Shown piece after piece: positions 1-13,381 of a DNA stretch of 64,000 nt; position 1 is the stretch's first letter, and every line of letters starts with the position of its first letter. The DNA comes from Amoebophrya sp. A120 (Eukaryota > Protista > Dinoflagellata). The notes beneath the pieces were generated by a model that worked only from the letters and a program-made list of their open reading frames with translations, searched no databases and was not told the origin of the DNA. The stretch is from contig CAJINV010000001.1 in the NCBI GenBank assembly GCA_905178155.1, positions 3,153,675-3,217,674 of the forward strand, in the 5' to 3' direction. The position numbers and the translations under genes were made by a program.

Positions 1-505
1 TTCCTCGTCTAAAGTCTGCTCTGCATCTGCGGACGGGATCTCGTTCAAGCGCAGGGCCTGCTTTATTGTCTCTTCGGCGCCGGCAACGTTATCTTTCGCT
101 GTTTCCAAAGCGCTCTCTGCGGTCTTTGCTGCGGCCTGCTTTGCTTCCGTCGCTTCCGTCGCGGCCAGTTCCTTTGCCTGTGCAACTTGTTGCTCCGCCG
201 CCTGATTGGGTTTTTTTGGATTAACGCGTTTAGGTTTCAAGTAGGCCATCATCAAACGATCAACACGAACATCATAATTTCTTTAAAATCATCAGCAAAA
301 CGAAACCAAATCGGAACAGAAGAGTTGTACTTAGAAACAGACACACAGCCTGTGATTCATTGCATTATTTGCAAGTGAAAACATCGAAAGTCTGTACCTT
401 GACTTCTTCAACCGCTGCGGTTGCGGTGTATTTTTGCTCCTCTACTGCTTGTTCCGCGTTGGCGAGCGCGGCGAGCGACAGCACAACACCGCGTTTCGCG
501 AGCAT
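1..505 (-). CDS. Partial (runs off the window) Ala/Glu-rich coiled-coil protein with possible signal peptide; 2 exons visible
   Basis: Exon 505-398 (MLAKRGVVLSLAALANAEQ...EEVK) joins in phase through GT-AG intron 202-397 to exon 201-1 (AAEQQVAQAKELAATEA...). Confidence 0.7.
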
Positions 506-1402
506 TTTGCCTCCGTGATCTTGCGTCGATACCAAGAACAACTAAAGTTAAAGATGACAATTACGTCGCGGAATTAGTTATTGTACGAAGTGGATGGAAT
601 GTCAAGCGATGAAATGAAGAGAAATCAATACAGTGTAGTGTGTTTGGTATGAAAGGCCACAGGTCAAATGGGGGTAGCTACACTACGAGCTCCACGTCTC
701 TTCATCTCAAGGGCCCTGCTTGTGCCTGTTCAAAAGCGTATGTTGTAAGGAGGCAAAGATGCTCATAGAAAGCCTGAGGAACGAACAGGCTTCTTAGGCG
801 GGGTCGAATATCATTCAACACCAAATGAGAACGGAAACACCGATATGAAAATGCTTCAGCTTGTTTTCATCTTGTAAGCAGTAGCTAGAAGACCGAAGAA
901 GTTAGTTGTATGCCTCTCCGTAGCTAGTACATGTAGCGCTTGGCATGTTTGGGTCCTCAGCAGAACGGATACAAAAAGAATTGCCTGCCAGGAAGTGTAC
1001 GAAAAAACAACCGACAGCTTTTTGCTTTTCCAGTCACAGGAGAACGAAGTTCACACAGTTATTTGTGCGTTGTTTGTTTTGGTTTGGGAAAGGACGACAC
1101 GATAGCATCGGAGAAGCACGACCGACGCGGCGATTTCCGCTTTTCTCGTCGTGAAGATCGTTCGACCGATGTTGATTTCATTTCCATTCGCACGAAGAAC
1201 GAGCTGTATCTTTAGAAAGAGCACTTACTTCCACTCGCGTGGCCGTGTGCCTATTGCGAGTTACGAAGGGGTATGATTTGATTTTGTCGCTTGGTCGTCA
1301 TTTTGCGAATGCGCTGTCATTGATTTGTTTGTAGTGGTACAGATATGGAGGTCGCTGGTCGTACGAATAAATTTCAGGAGACTGCTCCGACATATATGCT
1401 TT

Positions 1403-4400
1403 TCAGCCCACGAACCCTGGAGGAGGATCCCAGCTACTTTCGCCCGTGAGCGTATTAAAGTAGTAAAAATCCCCGTCTTCGGTCGCGTACTTCCCCCAGC
1501 CCGGCTGCAGCTGCTGTTCGGGTGCAGAGTCTTGCTGTGCAGCAACCTCAACTTGATGTTCCGGCTGTGCAGTTGGTTGCGCATGCTGCGTACGCTGCTC
1601 TTCTTGCAGATGATTGGTCTGCGCTGTGGCTGTTGGTTGTGCGTGTGTCGCTAAATACTCCGCCGCTCTTCTGTCGGAAGTCTCCAGGAGGTGCTGGGTT
1701 GGATCAGAGGTGAAACTTTGCTGTGGTTGCGGCTGCGACTGTGGTGCAACGTACTGATTACTATGGGTTGCTGTACTCTTACTATAGGAATCGCCTACTT
1801 GGTAGTTATGAAAGGTTGCGTTCGCCGAAGATGCCGAAGATGCTGGTCCACTGGTCGAATAATGCTGCTGCTGCTGATACCTTTGCGTAGTATCCATGCC
1901 GACGACCTGTTGCTGTAAAGACGACGCCGTGGTAGACACCCCTACCCCTTGCTGTGCTTGCGGCTGAGATGAGGATGAGGATGTCGTTGCAGCTCCTGAA
2001 TCAGTTAGGAGGGATGAAGCATTGGCGTACGAACTACTACCGTGGCTCTGGACCTGAGCCTGGGCTTGCTGTCCGTAGCCGTAGGTGCCTGCTGCCTGAG
2101 AAGACGTTAGCATCGACGCTGGAGCGGGAAGCGAAGAAGATAGAGTCGAAAAAGCGGTAGTTCCACCGGTAATATTTTGAGGCACAGAAGACGGAAGGTG
2201 AACCATGTCAGAGGACGTCGCCGGTTGCATATGATCGTACTGCTGGTGAAACGGAACCGTGGAAGTCGCGGCTGTCGCGCTCGCGTACCCGGTCTGCCCG
2301 ACAGAATTCGCATGGTTGCTTTGATTTGTCGCTGTATACGATGGCGTTGCATCTGCTAGTACAGGCTGTTGGTAAGATCCGTACGCTGGTGCATTCCGCA
2401 TCGTCTCCTGCTGCTGCGATAATTGCTGTGGTTGTTGTAGCTGCTGCATGTCGGCACGACTCTGGTGTATTTGCTGAGCGAAGGCTGCCTGCGTCGACGC
2501 CATTGCAATCCTTTGGTCGTCATCTGGCGTTTTCGTTTTCGTTTTCGATGTGGAGGCCGAAACACAAGCAGAGGTCGTCAGTTCGTCGGTTGAAGCAGCA
2601 GCTGCTGCTGCTGCGGGGGGCACTACAAGACCAGGCACCTGTAGAATACCGGGAGCGGCTGCAACTGCGCTGTCAGGAGGACCTTCTTTGTGCTGTAGTT
2701 CCCTCGCTTGTACTGCAGCTGTCGCCACCAGTGGTTGTTCCACGATTCTCTTTCTTTCAGGCTCTAAAATCGCGGCGAGCAGGGGATCTTCATGATCAGT
2801 GGTAGCAGCTCTTGACGACGGACCGAATTTATCTTCGGTCGAACTTGCGTCCGCAGTTGTGATCTTCTTCTGCGCGGATGACGCCGAGGATAGGCTCAAC
2901 CCACCAAGCGTGCCACCAGTAGTAGTGACTACAGGTCGTTGCTTGCTCGTGGTCTTCTGAAGTAGTAGATCTCCTTCTGCGGCTGCAGACTGATCGCCTC
3001 GCTGGTGCGTGGTGCTGTCGCTCCCGGATGTAACGTCGTTGTTCTGCTCGTCATCTTCGTCGATTTTCCTTTCCGTCGTTTCCTGCAGCAACGACACCTG
3101 TCCAGCCCCAGCGACGTCCTTTGACGGGGACGCGGACTTTGACCCGCCTTTAGTACTTGACGAAGCCCCACCGCCCGACCCCGCGGTGACCTTGCTGAGG
3201 CTCGACTGAGGGATCATCACTTCTGAGACGTGCTGCAGCGTTTTTCTGTCCAGTTTCGTTTTGTCGAACAGATCTTTGAAGAAGCTTGATAACAAGAATT
3301 CCTCTCTTTCGGAAATGCTGCACTTCTCCACTCCGCCCGCGAGCAATTGCCGCATCAGCTCGCTGCTGTCCTTCTGCGCGACCTGGAACAAATTTCCCAA
3401 AGTCGTGTGGTACTTGCGATCTGCCATACCCGCGATCGCCCGGATCGCCTCCTCCTCTACCGGCGCCATGTACTTTCTCGTCTCCGGAACTTCGTCGTGG
3501 AGGAGGGTAATCAAGTCCCGCAATTCGCAAAGCCGCGACTCGACCTCCTCCTCAGAGAGAGCGTTTAGTGGCGTGGCGGTCCGAAGTTCCTCGATCGTGC
3601 GGGATGACAGTGGCCCAGCGGGCGTGTTGTCCACCATCTCGCTAGTGGTATCGATTGTCATTCCGCCTTTTGGCCTAGTCCTGTCGTTGGCGGAGCTCAC
3701 CGAGGTCTTGCTGGGTGCGCCACCTTCGCCTTCCGCCCGAGGTTGGTTTAAAAGGTGGTGGGCACCAGCTAATTCATGACTTGACGTCCTCACACGGTCT
3801 GCAACATCGAATTCAACAGTTTCGTCGTCTGTCCCGTTGGAAGTAAACGACACGGGACGAACACCAAGTAGGTCAGACGTCGATCCCAAGTGCTGTGTCT
3901 TCTCGTTTGATGATGTTCCAGTCGTAGTATCTGCATCTCCTCGCATAATTTTTGCGACTTTCATCCTCTGCTTCGTGCTCCCGGACGATGCGTGATTCGC
4001 GGCGAAGCTCAGCAGCGAAGCGCTGCTCCTGTTCGCGCTCGTGCTCATTGGGGTTAGAATGCTGCTGATTTCGTCCACGTTTTGCTCCAACAGGTCTCGC
4101 CGGAGCTGCTCCACTTCGACACAGAGAATCTGTATGTGCTCCGTCAGTTCCGACTCGCGCAACCGGGCGTCTCGTTTCCGTTCCAACAACTCCTGCTCCA
4201 ATTTCCAGTAACCGAGTAAATGCAAATCGCATTGCGCCTGCAGATTCCGCGTTTGGCCCCGTAGCGCGTCAATTTCCAAACTCAAGCTCAGTTTCTCGCG
4301 GTCGACTTGGGTCTTTTGCAGTTTCGCGATTTCCTGCTTCAGTTGCCGGTTTTCCTCAGCAAACCGATTCAACTCCTGCTCTTGCATCTTCAGTAGATTC

Positions 4401-7400
4401 TGCGTTACTTTGTTCCCTGGACCTTGCTGCGCAGTGGTCATGGCCGTTGCGCTCGCGAAGCCGAAGCTGGAGGAGGAGGTTGTAGTGGCTGTGGCAGATT
4501 GATTCTTAGAGTTCTTGTCCTGCTTCTCATCGGCTGCATTTTGACCGGTTGTACTAGTGTCCTCGTCGTCGTTGATGAAGACAGCAACCATCGCCCGACT
4601 GATATCATCGATCACGCGCACTAGCGCTCCGGGTGACGTTTCTCTCAGCATCTCTGGCGTCGCCGCACTGGACTTGTTTCCCGCTGCTGATGATCCTTTG
4701 GATGAACCAGATATTGAGATTTCCACGCTTGCAGCGTTGTCGAACAAAGCCTGACTTTTGCCTTGTGCAAACTTGCGCAGAAAGTGGTTGAAATCTTCCA
4801 GCCCGACTTTCGTCGTAATCAGCTCCATCAACTGCCTCCCCGTGACCGCTCCACTCTCCGTTTGCCCGGCTGCTGCTGTACCGGGGCTGGATAAGTGGCA
4901 AACTATCAGCCCGAGGACGACGGCAGAGGCGGACCGGAATCGGTCAGGAAAAGTTTCCTTCCGCAGAATGCCGAGAATCGCATTTAGGTGGAGGCTGGAG
5001 TTGGTTATTTCGCGAATCAAGGGCATCAGTGAAGAGGGTTGTTGATTTCCTTGATGCTGTTCGGCCTGGCTGTAGGTCGTGCTACTCATCCTGGTGATCA
5101 AAAACAGAAACTTCAACACGTTGTGCAACACGAAGAGCGTTTGGGAGCTGTGAAGTTCCTCTTTCTCTTCGTGGGACAAAACCTGGGCGGAATTCTTCTC
5201 CTGTTGCTGGATCAGGGAAGAGAAGTCACGGGTTTTAATTCCGGAGGACGTGGCTGCTGCAGCAGCAGATACAGTCGTCGCATTCGCACTTTTGATAGTA
5301 CCCGGACCCTGAGACTGTGCCGAGCCCGCACTTCCCTTGCTCCCGGAAGCACCTTCGCTGGTCGACGCTATAAGCGGGAACCTTTTCTCCGGAAACTCCG
5401 CATCATTTGCGATGCACTTGGACCACCGCAGACTCGCGGTTACCTTGTCGATCAACTTTCCTCGGTTCGTTAATAACCCAAAAAACTTCTTCCTCACCTC
5501 TTGTAACTGCGTCTTCCCGACAATCGCGGTCAAATAGCTGAGCCACTCCACCGCAAAGTAGCAATTGTGCGTGCTTCGAAACCAGACATCCATGTCGCAG
5601 CGCTCCAAATCCGACAGAACGCGGATCACCTGTTTCCCGCAGGGCGTGACGACGACGCCGTCGACTGCCGTTCCGCTGGAATTTGTGAACGTGTCCGCCA
5701 GATACTCGGCTGGGAGGTCAAACCGGACCACCAGCTTCTCTAGCACGACGAACCGCAGTTCTTCGGGAAGTGTTTCGTCAAACACCATGTGAAACCACCA
5801 CTCGTAAGCGGGAACGTCCGAAGCGGTTTTGGTGATGCGAGCAGCTGTAGATGAGGACGAACTGCTTTTCGTCTTTGCTGTTTGGCAAAACTCTTTGTAG
5901 TACTTCCCCCCCAAGACATACGCAAACACGGTTTTCTCGTCGGCAGTTGGCGCAGCAAACCTGGTGGAAGAATTGATCCCCGCAACGGTGACGCTGTCGT
6001 TGCTCGAAGCCCTGCCTCGGTGAAAGGCACTGTTGTCTTCCTCACTCTGCATATTGACGTCGGAGGAGTAGGTGCTGCCCAGGCTGTCTTTGCGAGCAAC
6101 CGCTGTTCCACTACCTTCGAGAGTTCCGCCCACCCCGCCTTTCGGCATGCCGGCCACCAGTTTCGACAGGAGGTGCACAGACCGCAGCAAGAGGTCATCA
6201 CCGCTGCGGAACACGCCCGTTTTCTTGGACAGCATGGGGACGAAGCGCAAACAGAACCGTCTCGTGTCGTCGAAGCGACCGAAAGTGCAGGAAGTGTTGG
6301 TTTGCGAAGTTGCGTCGTGATCTGCGTAAAACAGTTCCACGATGTTCAAAATCGAGGAAAAAACCCGGGTGTCCGCTTCCTTCACGGTCAGCAACTGCTC
6401 GCACTTGTGGACTAGTCTATCCGCGGTTTCGTGTTGCTGCCGGAGGAATCGCCTGGAGACTTCTTTTCCTTCTCTGATCAGCAGCTCCATGGTCTGCAAA
6501 ATGATCAGCGACGGCTGCTCATTCCTCAATAACCACTGCTGCCCCTCGTGCGTCTCCTCAATCCCCCGGAGCAGAATATCCACGCCTTCCTCGAAAACCG
6601 CCCCCGAGCACATGTCCGGCGAGTTGGTGAGAAAAATCCGTAACAGCGAGATCGCCAAAACGCAACTGCGCTTCTGCCGGGAAATTTCGTCCAAGTCCCC
6701 CGATTCCCCCGACATATTGTCAAACCCTGCGAGCGCGAGCAAAACAGAAGCGGAAGCCCCAATTATCGGGGCAGGATTTATTCCAGCACCACCATCTGCA
6801 TTTTTGCCCGTCGCGGAAGTTGTAGATGATGTTGAAATCCCACCCACGTCGCACGCGCGCAACAACCTGGTCAGGTACTCGGGTTCCTTCCGGAAAAACT
6901 CTTTCCCAAATTTCTGCGCGCACTGAACGCTGTTCTCCGATAGGGTTAGTAATAACGGAATGTCCAGAAGCTTCAACAACGCCTCCCCACACGAGCTCGT
7001 GATGATTTCGAAGAAGTACCCCCGGTCCTCCTTTCTCGTGTCCATGATGGTGCGGACGACTTGATGCAGCACGGAAATCAAATCCTTTTCCAACCGCAGG
7101 CGCTGCGGCTCCTCGAACGATTCCGCTAAACTCGCCCATGGATTCTCCGCGACGAACTCTGGCGTGACGGGCTATGGAACTCCACAGCTCCGCGTTCCCC
7201 TCATTTGTGTTGCATGAACAGCAACACAAACGCTGGCAAAGATGCAGCTTTTGCATGACAACTTTCTAGAGGAGTGTAGTGCTGTTTTGGATTCCGGAAT
7301 CTGTCATGCAAACAGTGCTAACGGGCAAAAGGTGGATTTGGGATTTTGCATGACAAATGAGAGAGAGGGGAGTTGTGCACTTTCATACGGGCTCGCGCAA

Positions 7401-8072
7401 CCGGACCAGTTGATGCAGGATGACGCTGAGAAGTTTGACTCGCATCGGGTCGTTGGCGAGGACCTCCACTGCCTTCGGGTTATGGGGCTCTCAAACGTTA
7501 CATTCTCAACTGTTACATGATTTGTCATGCAAAAACGCTATCACTTTTCACAATTTCAAACCTTCTCCGCATGACAAGTTCTCGACACGCTAGATAGCAT
7601 TGTAATCTGCTCCAAACCTGTAATGCAAAAGGAGCAAGCTTTTCCCTTTCACTTTTGCCATTCTTGCATTACAAATTTCATGTAACAGTTGAGAATGTAA
7701 CAGTTGAGAGCTCCATACGGGTACGTCTCCACATACGCCCGCAGCTCGCCGACACCTGGTAGATATTTTTTGAAAAGGTAAAAAGTAGAGTCTCTTTATT
7801 CAGTTGTATCACGGTCATCCCCCTTGCTTTATCATCATGTTACGGTTCTTTATCTGAGAGCGAAATATGTGAGTTCAAAGTGCGGTAGGTCCAACTTCAA
7901 CGCGACGATTTTCTATACCGAATAACCATTTCTGGGGCAGCCGCAGGACGTGCAATATTCGGTCAATTTCCTCGGGAGAATCTTGCTCGATATCCAGCAG
8001 GACTGAGGCTTGGTCGGCAAATTTGTCGGCGACCTCGCCGAGCTTGTCAACTGCTTTGAAAAGAAAAGTCAT
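1403..8072 (-). CDS. Large protein (about 2000 aa): helical/ARM-like N-terminal region, coiled coil, low-complexity region, C-terminal WW domain; architecture loosely like a Uso1/p115 tether
   Basis: The 1896-aa ORF extends upstream via GT-AG intron 7756-7918 and two introners, giving MTFLFK...QKWLFG-VGELRAYVETYP-KAVEVL...LREP-VTPEF...RLEKDL in frame. WW motif LQPGWGKYATEDGDFYYFNTLTGESSWDPP. Confidence 0.8.
7173..7387. mobile_element. Introner (215 bp, degenerate TIRs, 5-bp DR CGGGC)
   Basis: TATGGAACTCCACAGCTCC.../...GGAGTTGTGCACTTTCATA; CGGGC at 7168-7172 and 7388-7392; removal restores host frame. Confidence 0.85.
7481..7717. mobile_element. Introner family B (237 bp, about 40-bp TIRs, DR CGGGT)
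   Basis: TATGGGGCTCTCAAACGTTACATTCTCAACTGTTACATGA with inverted copy at the right end; CGGGT at 7476-7480 and 7718-7722; same TIR as 30696-30930. Confidence 0.95.
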
Positions 8073-8738
8073 TGCGTTTTTTTCCGTTGGTCAGAAGTAG
8101 AAGCAGCTTAGACCTGGGCGGGTGTTGACCAAACTTGATACCACCTCTCTAGTCCTGTGACCGAGGGCAGCACTCGGTCGCTGTGAGTCTCCGCATGCTT
8201 CTCGGAGCGACTGCGGCTGCTGGATGGTGGGTTTTTCTGATGGAAACCACGTAGGCGGGCAACAGCCCGCGGAGCACTAGATGGGACAAAGCGGGTTCCG
8301 GTACTTCGTGTCATCTTCATTGTTAACTTTGATTATGGCTAGTTAAAAAGTGTGCTTGATGTTCTTCACGCGGCGTGATCGTAAAAATAAGGAGCGAGAT
8401 CAATTTCGAAAAACCAACAGGTTCGGGTCCATTGACTTTTACTTTGACACAGAACAGAGTGGAGCTATACATTAAGAATGGATCGTGCCGCTGTCGAAAG
8501 CTTTATTCTGAAACGAACAAATATGTGCGTTGACACGCACAAGCACATGAGAATAGGCCGATGATAGCTGACACAGAAACTTTGGTTTTACTTCGTCAAA
8601 ATAGTTGCTGATTGAACCAGGTAGTGGACATCGACATTCATCATTCGGTTCATTGGAAGCCTGCTTCGCCGATTTGTAGCTCTGCGTCGATATTTTCATT
8701 TCATTGAGCCGCTTTCTTTTTGGAAATTATCATACATT

Positions 8739-10175
8739 CTAGATATGGAGCCGTTTAAAAATCTTCGACTCCGGAATCGATTTGCTGGGCATCAAACTCT
8801 CACAACCTGCAACACCACCACGACTATCGTCTGCGACGGTTGTTTCGTCTGTACTGTGTGCCGCCTCGACGATTCGAATGGCCTCTGCAACGAGTCCCGG
8901 AATGATCTGCGCAAGCGCCTCCGTGTTCGTATGCAATGCCGGGTTGCGGTTGGCTTCCAGTAAAAAAACCTTTCCATCCTCGCCAAAAAGGAAATCGCAG
9001 CCGAAAAGTTGAAAACTTCCGAGGTGATTCGGGTTCACCTGTCCCTGGATGATTTCTGCAAGGCCCTCCATCGCGATTTGCAAGCCCTTTTGGTACTGTT
9101 CTTGTACTTGATGTTGACGTTCTTTGCTGGTGCAGAAAGGAATGGTGGTGTTCAAGAATTTTGTATCAAACACCTGGACCAGATCATTCATCTCCACACT
9201 ATACTGCTCCGCGCCGAGGTACTCCCTTTGCACCCTTTGGTTCGTGATGTGCCGCGCGGAGGTCTCCAGATCGGTCAGGTCGAACGGACAAGCACAGGAC
9301 TTGAGGTACGCTACAGGGACGACCGGTGCTGCACCTCCAGGGTTTTTCTTTCCTGCATCTTCTTCAAATGGACAGGCGTAGTAGGCCAGAAAGGGTTCCA
9401 CTCTAGCGACCAGCAGGAAAACACGCACGTCGAATTTGCGCTGTGAAGTCGTTAAGAGTGGTGTCTGCAGGTACTGCTGCACGATCCCCGTGGGCTTTAT
9501 TTTCAAGTTATGGCTCATCTTCGCCGACGAGAATTGGTCTTTCAAAAATGTCACAAGGTTGTCGAAGTTGGAAAAAACCTCAATTCCCTTGCCACGGTTG
9601 TTGGTCTGCGTCTTGTAGATCCAGTGGGAGGAAGATTTTTTATTTTCGTGCGCGCCCTCTTGACCGTGAATTTTAACGAGTTCTTTCTCCTTTTTCTTCA
9701 AGACATCCGATACCAAGAAGGTGGGGAGGTACCAGGGCGGAAAATCTTCCTTTGACAATTCCGTCTTCGTTTCTGTCGAATCGGTGCTGACGTTCCTTTT
9801 CTGCCACCACTGGCTCACGCTCTTCAGCATGCCCTCTTTGGTCCCAATAGAGACGCCATGAAGCTGGTTAGCGAAGCGAAGGTTTTTGTTGAGACCACCT
9901 CTTTGTCCCACCAGTACGCTGAAATCCACTGCGAACGCATTCTGCGCCCACTGAAAGACAGGTGATGAAGAAACGCCGTCCTCTTTCAAGGTACTGTCCT
10001 CCTCCGCCGTCTTTTCCTTTTCCTCGATAACGCCTCGTAGAAAGTTGCCTGTTTCCCGTCCCAAAACGACAATATCTTTGTATCCGCGGCTCCGAAGAAT
10101 TTGCTCGATCAAGCCCGGGTTGTTGTCTTTGGCAATGCGGCACAGGCCCTTTCTGTCTCCAGTCGACGACGGCAT
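8739..10175 (-). CDS. Tubulin-tyrosine ligase-like (TTL/TTLL) ATP-grasp protein
   Basis: Motifs WIYK...RGKGI, IVQQYLQTPLL, RKFDVRVFLLV, HITN, FQLFGCDFL...LLEANRNP. Confidence 0.9.
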   Translation of the reverse strand: MPSSTGDRKGLCRIAKDNNPGLIEQILRSRGYKDIVVLGRETGNFLRGVIEEKEKTAEEDSTLKEDGVSSSPVFQWAQNAFAVDFSVLVGQRGGLNKNLRFANQLHGVSIGTKEGMLKSVSQWWQKRNVSTDSTETKTELSKEDFPPWYLPTFLVSDVLKKKEKELVKIHGQEGAHENKKSSSHWIYKTQTNNRGKGIEVFSNFDNLVTFLKDQFSSAKMSHNLKIKPTGIVQQYLQTPLLTTSQRKFDVRVFLLVARVEPFLAYYACPFEEDAGKKNPGGAAPVVPVAYLKSCACPFDLTDLETSARHITNQRVQREYLGAEQYSVEMNDLVQVFDTKFLNTTIPFCTSKERQHQVQEQYQKGLQIAMEGLAEIIQGQVNPNHLGSFQLFGCDFLFGEDGKVFLLEANRNPALHTNTEALAQIIPGLVAEAIRIVEAAHSTDETTVADDSRGGVAGCESLMPSKSIPESKIFKRLHI

Positions 10176-10732
10176 GGTCGCGAGCGAACCTATCTTTTTC
10201 AGGTCGAGGTCCAGCGGTGGAAAAGAAAAAACTACAGGTAGTCAGGTACCAGGGTTGAAGCGGCAACAAAAGCAACACCTTTTTCTTCTTTTAGTTTTCC
10301 CGCTCTGTACTTTAGCCGTCGCTCCACGACAAGATTGTATTTCCGTTTTGGTTTTGAAAGTCTCTCGTACACTCTTTCCTCTCCCATCTGTCGCGCCTGT
10401 TTGTACTATTGTATTATCCCGAAAGGAAATTTGACGACGATAGAACAGCTTCTGCACCATTGATTCGTCCGTTCTTCACACAAAGTAACAAGAAATCTGC
10501 ACAGCAAAAGCTCCTGAGTGACAGAGGCAGAAAAAAGGCAATACAGGAACGTCAGATAATTAACACCTCCTGGCTCATTATATGCGCGTTGATCATTCTT
10601 TCTCATCTGTGCACATGTGCAAATTAATCTCCGAAAAAGGCGAAAATCGTCACAGTCACTACCCAATGAATATGAAGTTGCAGGATCGTTCACCATGATA
10701 CCGTTACCGACTCGTCAACATGATCTTGCTCA

Positions 10733-13381
10733 CTATATCCCGACATGAAATTTCGGTGCCTTGACTCCGTACGGCCATGCTTCCTTCGTCGGGTTGTCCC
10801 AGTGTGGGTCGCACATGGTCATGTTTTTCTTCACAAACTCGATTTTTTCCCGCCAACTCTGCCCCCCGTAGATCCAGTCGCCGATGTACTCCTCCCGCCA
10901 GGAGTGCCAGGGCTGGTGCAGCGAAAAGCAGAGCTCCTCGTCGACGGGGAGGTAGATTTGGTACGCCTGCTGTATCCGGTCCCGGACGAGGCTGTTTTCC
11001 ACAAACACAGCGTCCATGCCGTTCATCATGATCAAACTGTGCGTTGGCCGCAGCAAATCCACAAACGCCTGCAGACTCGCGCCGATGAAGTGTGGGTGGT
11101 TTTTTCGTAGCGCCAGCTCCCGGAACCGCCGGAGGTTGGTGGCGGAGAGGCTGGCCGCGTCCTTTTCGGTCGTCGACGCGTCTTTGGTCGCGTTCAAGGC
11201 TGCGGCGATGCGAATCTGCTCGAGGGTGATGGAGGTTGCGTCTTCGTTATTTTCCAGATGTTCCATCGCTTTTTCCAACATGTCCTCGGTTTTGACCAGT
11301 GTTTTCTTCAGCTTCTCCGCCTCACTCGCTGCGTGAGACTCGATGGTCTTTTCCGCCCGCGGCGCGTATTTCGACCAGAAGCGGATGGGCGGGGGAAAGA
11401 CGCCCTGTATTTCGAGCACGTAAATCATCACCTTGGTGTTCGTTTTTCGCGCTTTCCTCTCGACTTTCTCCGCGATTTCGTAGTCCCAGGAATCAATGTC
11501 GATCTTCACGATCTCGATGATGTTGGGTTCTTGCGGATTCTTGATGGTCTTGTCTACCTGGTTTTGCACTTTTTTTGCATTTACTTCTTGTTCATCCGGT
11601 GCACTTCCAGTTGAAGAGGATGATGAGGATGCTACTGACGCTGATGTCGCCGATGGTTCTTCCCCACCAGTCGCTGCGAAATACCCCGTTTCGTCCATTT
11701 GCTGGTCGATACTCTCCGGAGTCACCCCCGCAACCACCACGTCAACAAAGTCCCCGGCGTTTTCCACGCAAGCAGCAGCGTCCACCGGATCTAGCTCGTA
11801 CCCATACCCCTTCATTTTCGGAAAAGCCTTCCCCTTTGACAAAGACGTCACGTCCGCATCCTTGCCCTTGTCGAAGAACTCCCACAGCGGGTCTTCGTCG
11901 TCACACCGCCCGCAGCCGAAATTGAGAAATCGCCCGTTCTTTAAGTGATCCGGCACCCCGATTTCACGTAATCGTTTCAACGAGCGGTGGTGGTGTTTTC
12001 GCCGGATTTCTTCAATCTCCTTGATCTTCCCGGACTTGTCGTCGATGTCCTTGTCAACGAAGCTCGGACAGAAACGCACCGAGTCTCGGGTGACGCGCGC
12101 TGGCGGATACTGCTTGATGGTCAGACCAGATTCTTTTGACTCCGCCCACACCGCGGTCGGGATTGACTTGAGATGTTGCCGCTGCTTTTTCCGGGCGGGA
12201 GTTTCTAATTTCACTCGCTGGGGCGAAAACCAGGACTTTCTGTCCCAGAGAGCGACAGAAGTTTGCAGCAGCTCCTGTTCGGCATCATAGGGATGACTCT
12301 GTTGACTTTCGCTCATTTTTCCGGCGGAAGGTAGAGCTACAGAAGCGGCAGCAGCAGTGTGAGCATCCATGATCAAGTTCTTGTCCACAGAACCAGATGC
12401 TAATGTTGACACTGTCGCATTATCTCCTCCAGCAACTACACCCCGTGCCCGCAATATTTGTTGTTCCAACGCGGCCAGCGCGGCTCTGTAATCCTTCCAC
12501 TTTCGTAAATACGAAGCGTCGCGCAGGTAGTTGAGGAAGTACTTGTGTCTTTGCGTTGCGTTCCAGCTGTCCAAGTCTTGCGACGCCGTGAAGTCGAGCC
12601 AGCGGAAAAACAGGTCGCGCTTCACCTGTCCGGCGTTCTGTAACGAGCAGACCCCCCGGACCTCGTCCTCCATGTTCTTGCCGAAAAACTTGATCATATC
12701 GTTGAACACGTACGTGATCCGTGCCCGGGCGCCGACGATCGCTTTATCGAACCCGGTCGCATTCCGGTGCGGCCCGCGCATGCACGCGGCGAGCGGGTTC
12801 GGCTCGGCGCCTCGCTCCTGCATGACGGCCCGGTGCTCTGGCGTTTCTGACAAAAACGCGTCCGTCTGCATCAGGTCAGAAGAGAAGCCGAAAGCGGCAA
12901 GACGAGATGAACTTTTGTTTTTCTCTACTTCATGCAAGGAGATTTTCGCCAGATCCACTTGCCGGAGCTGTGCCGGCAAGTCAGCATTGTCCCACCTCGC
13001 ATTTTCCCTGTTTACCTTAACCTGCTCGGTTTTCGTGATGTTTTTCATTTGTGGTGCCCCGTGGTGGCAAATTTTGCGCAGCCGGTCCCACTGCCACACC
13101 TCGCAGCTCCGTTCCAACAAACAGTCCTGCTCGCATTCCGCGCCTGATTTCACGTCGTTCACGGGCATTTTCCACCGCGTAATCTCGCTCGACTCGTCTA
13201 CACACCAAAACCCGTCGAGATGAACCATCACGCCGGCATGCGTGCTCCAGCGGTCCTTGATGATGGCTGGGTCTTTCATTTTGAAAAAAGACTTCGACAT
13301 GTAGGAGAAGGCCATGGCTCGCCGGATCCCGGACCAGAGAAAATCCCACAGGGAGGAAAGCAACAGGAATGGAACTCTCAT
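10733..13381 (-). CDS. Putative FkbM-like SAM-dependent methyltransferase with N-terminal Cys-rich (PAN/apple-like) segment
   Basis: 882-aa ORF; FLNFGCG, GYGYELDP, IVKIDIDSWDYEI, VLEIQGVFPPP, GASLQAF, DAVFV pattern; CEQDC..CEVWQW..C. Confidence 0.55.
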   Translation of the reverse strand: MRVPFLLLSSLWDFLWSGIRRAMAFSYMSKSFFKMKDPAIIKDRWSTHAGVMVHLDGFWCVDESSEITRWKMPVNDVKSGAECEQDCLLERSCEVWQWDRLRKICHHGAPQMKNITKTEQVKVNRENARWDNADLPAQLRQVDLAKISLHEVEKNKSSSRLAAFGFSSDLMQTDAFLSETPEHRAVMQERGAEPNPLAACMRGPHRNATGFDKAIVGARARITYVFNDMIKFFGKNMEDEVRGVCSLQNAGQVKRDLFFRWLDFTASQDLDSWNATQRHKYFLNYLRDASYLRKWKDYRAALAALEQQILRARGVVAGGDNATVSTLASGSVDKNLIMDAHTAAAASVALPSAGKMSESQQSHPYDAEQELLQTSVALWDRKSWFSPQRVKLETPARKKQRQHLKSIPTAVWAESKESGLTIKQYPPARVTRDSVRFCPSFVDKDIDDKSGKIKEIEEIRRKHHHRSLKRLREIGVPDHLKNGRFLNFGCGRCDDEDPLWEFFDKGKDADVTSLSKGKAFPKMKGYGYELDPVDAAACVENAGDFVDVVVAGVTPESIDQQMDETGYFAATGGEEPSATSASVASSSSSSTGSAPDEQEVNAKKVQNQVDKTIKNPQEPNIIEIVKIDIDSWDYEIAEKVERKARKTNTKVMIYVLEIQGVFPPPIRFWSKYAPRAEKTIESHAASEAEKLKKTLVKTEDMLEKAMEHLENNEDATSITLEQIRIAAALNATKDASTTEKDAASLSATNLRRFRELALRKNHPHFIGASLQAFVDLLRPTHSLIMMNGMDAVFVENSLVRDRIQQAYQIYLPVDEELCFSLHQPWHSWREEYIGDWIYGGQSWREKIEFVKKNMTMCDPHWDNPTKEAWPYGVKAPKFHVGI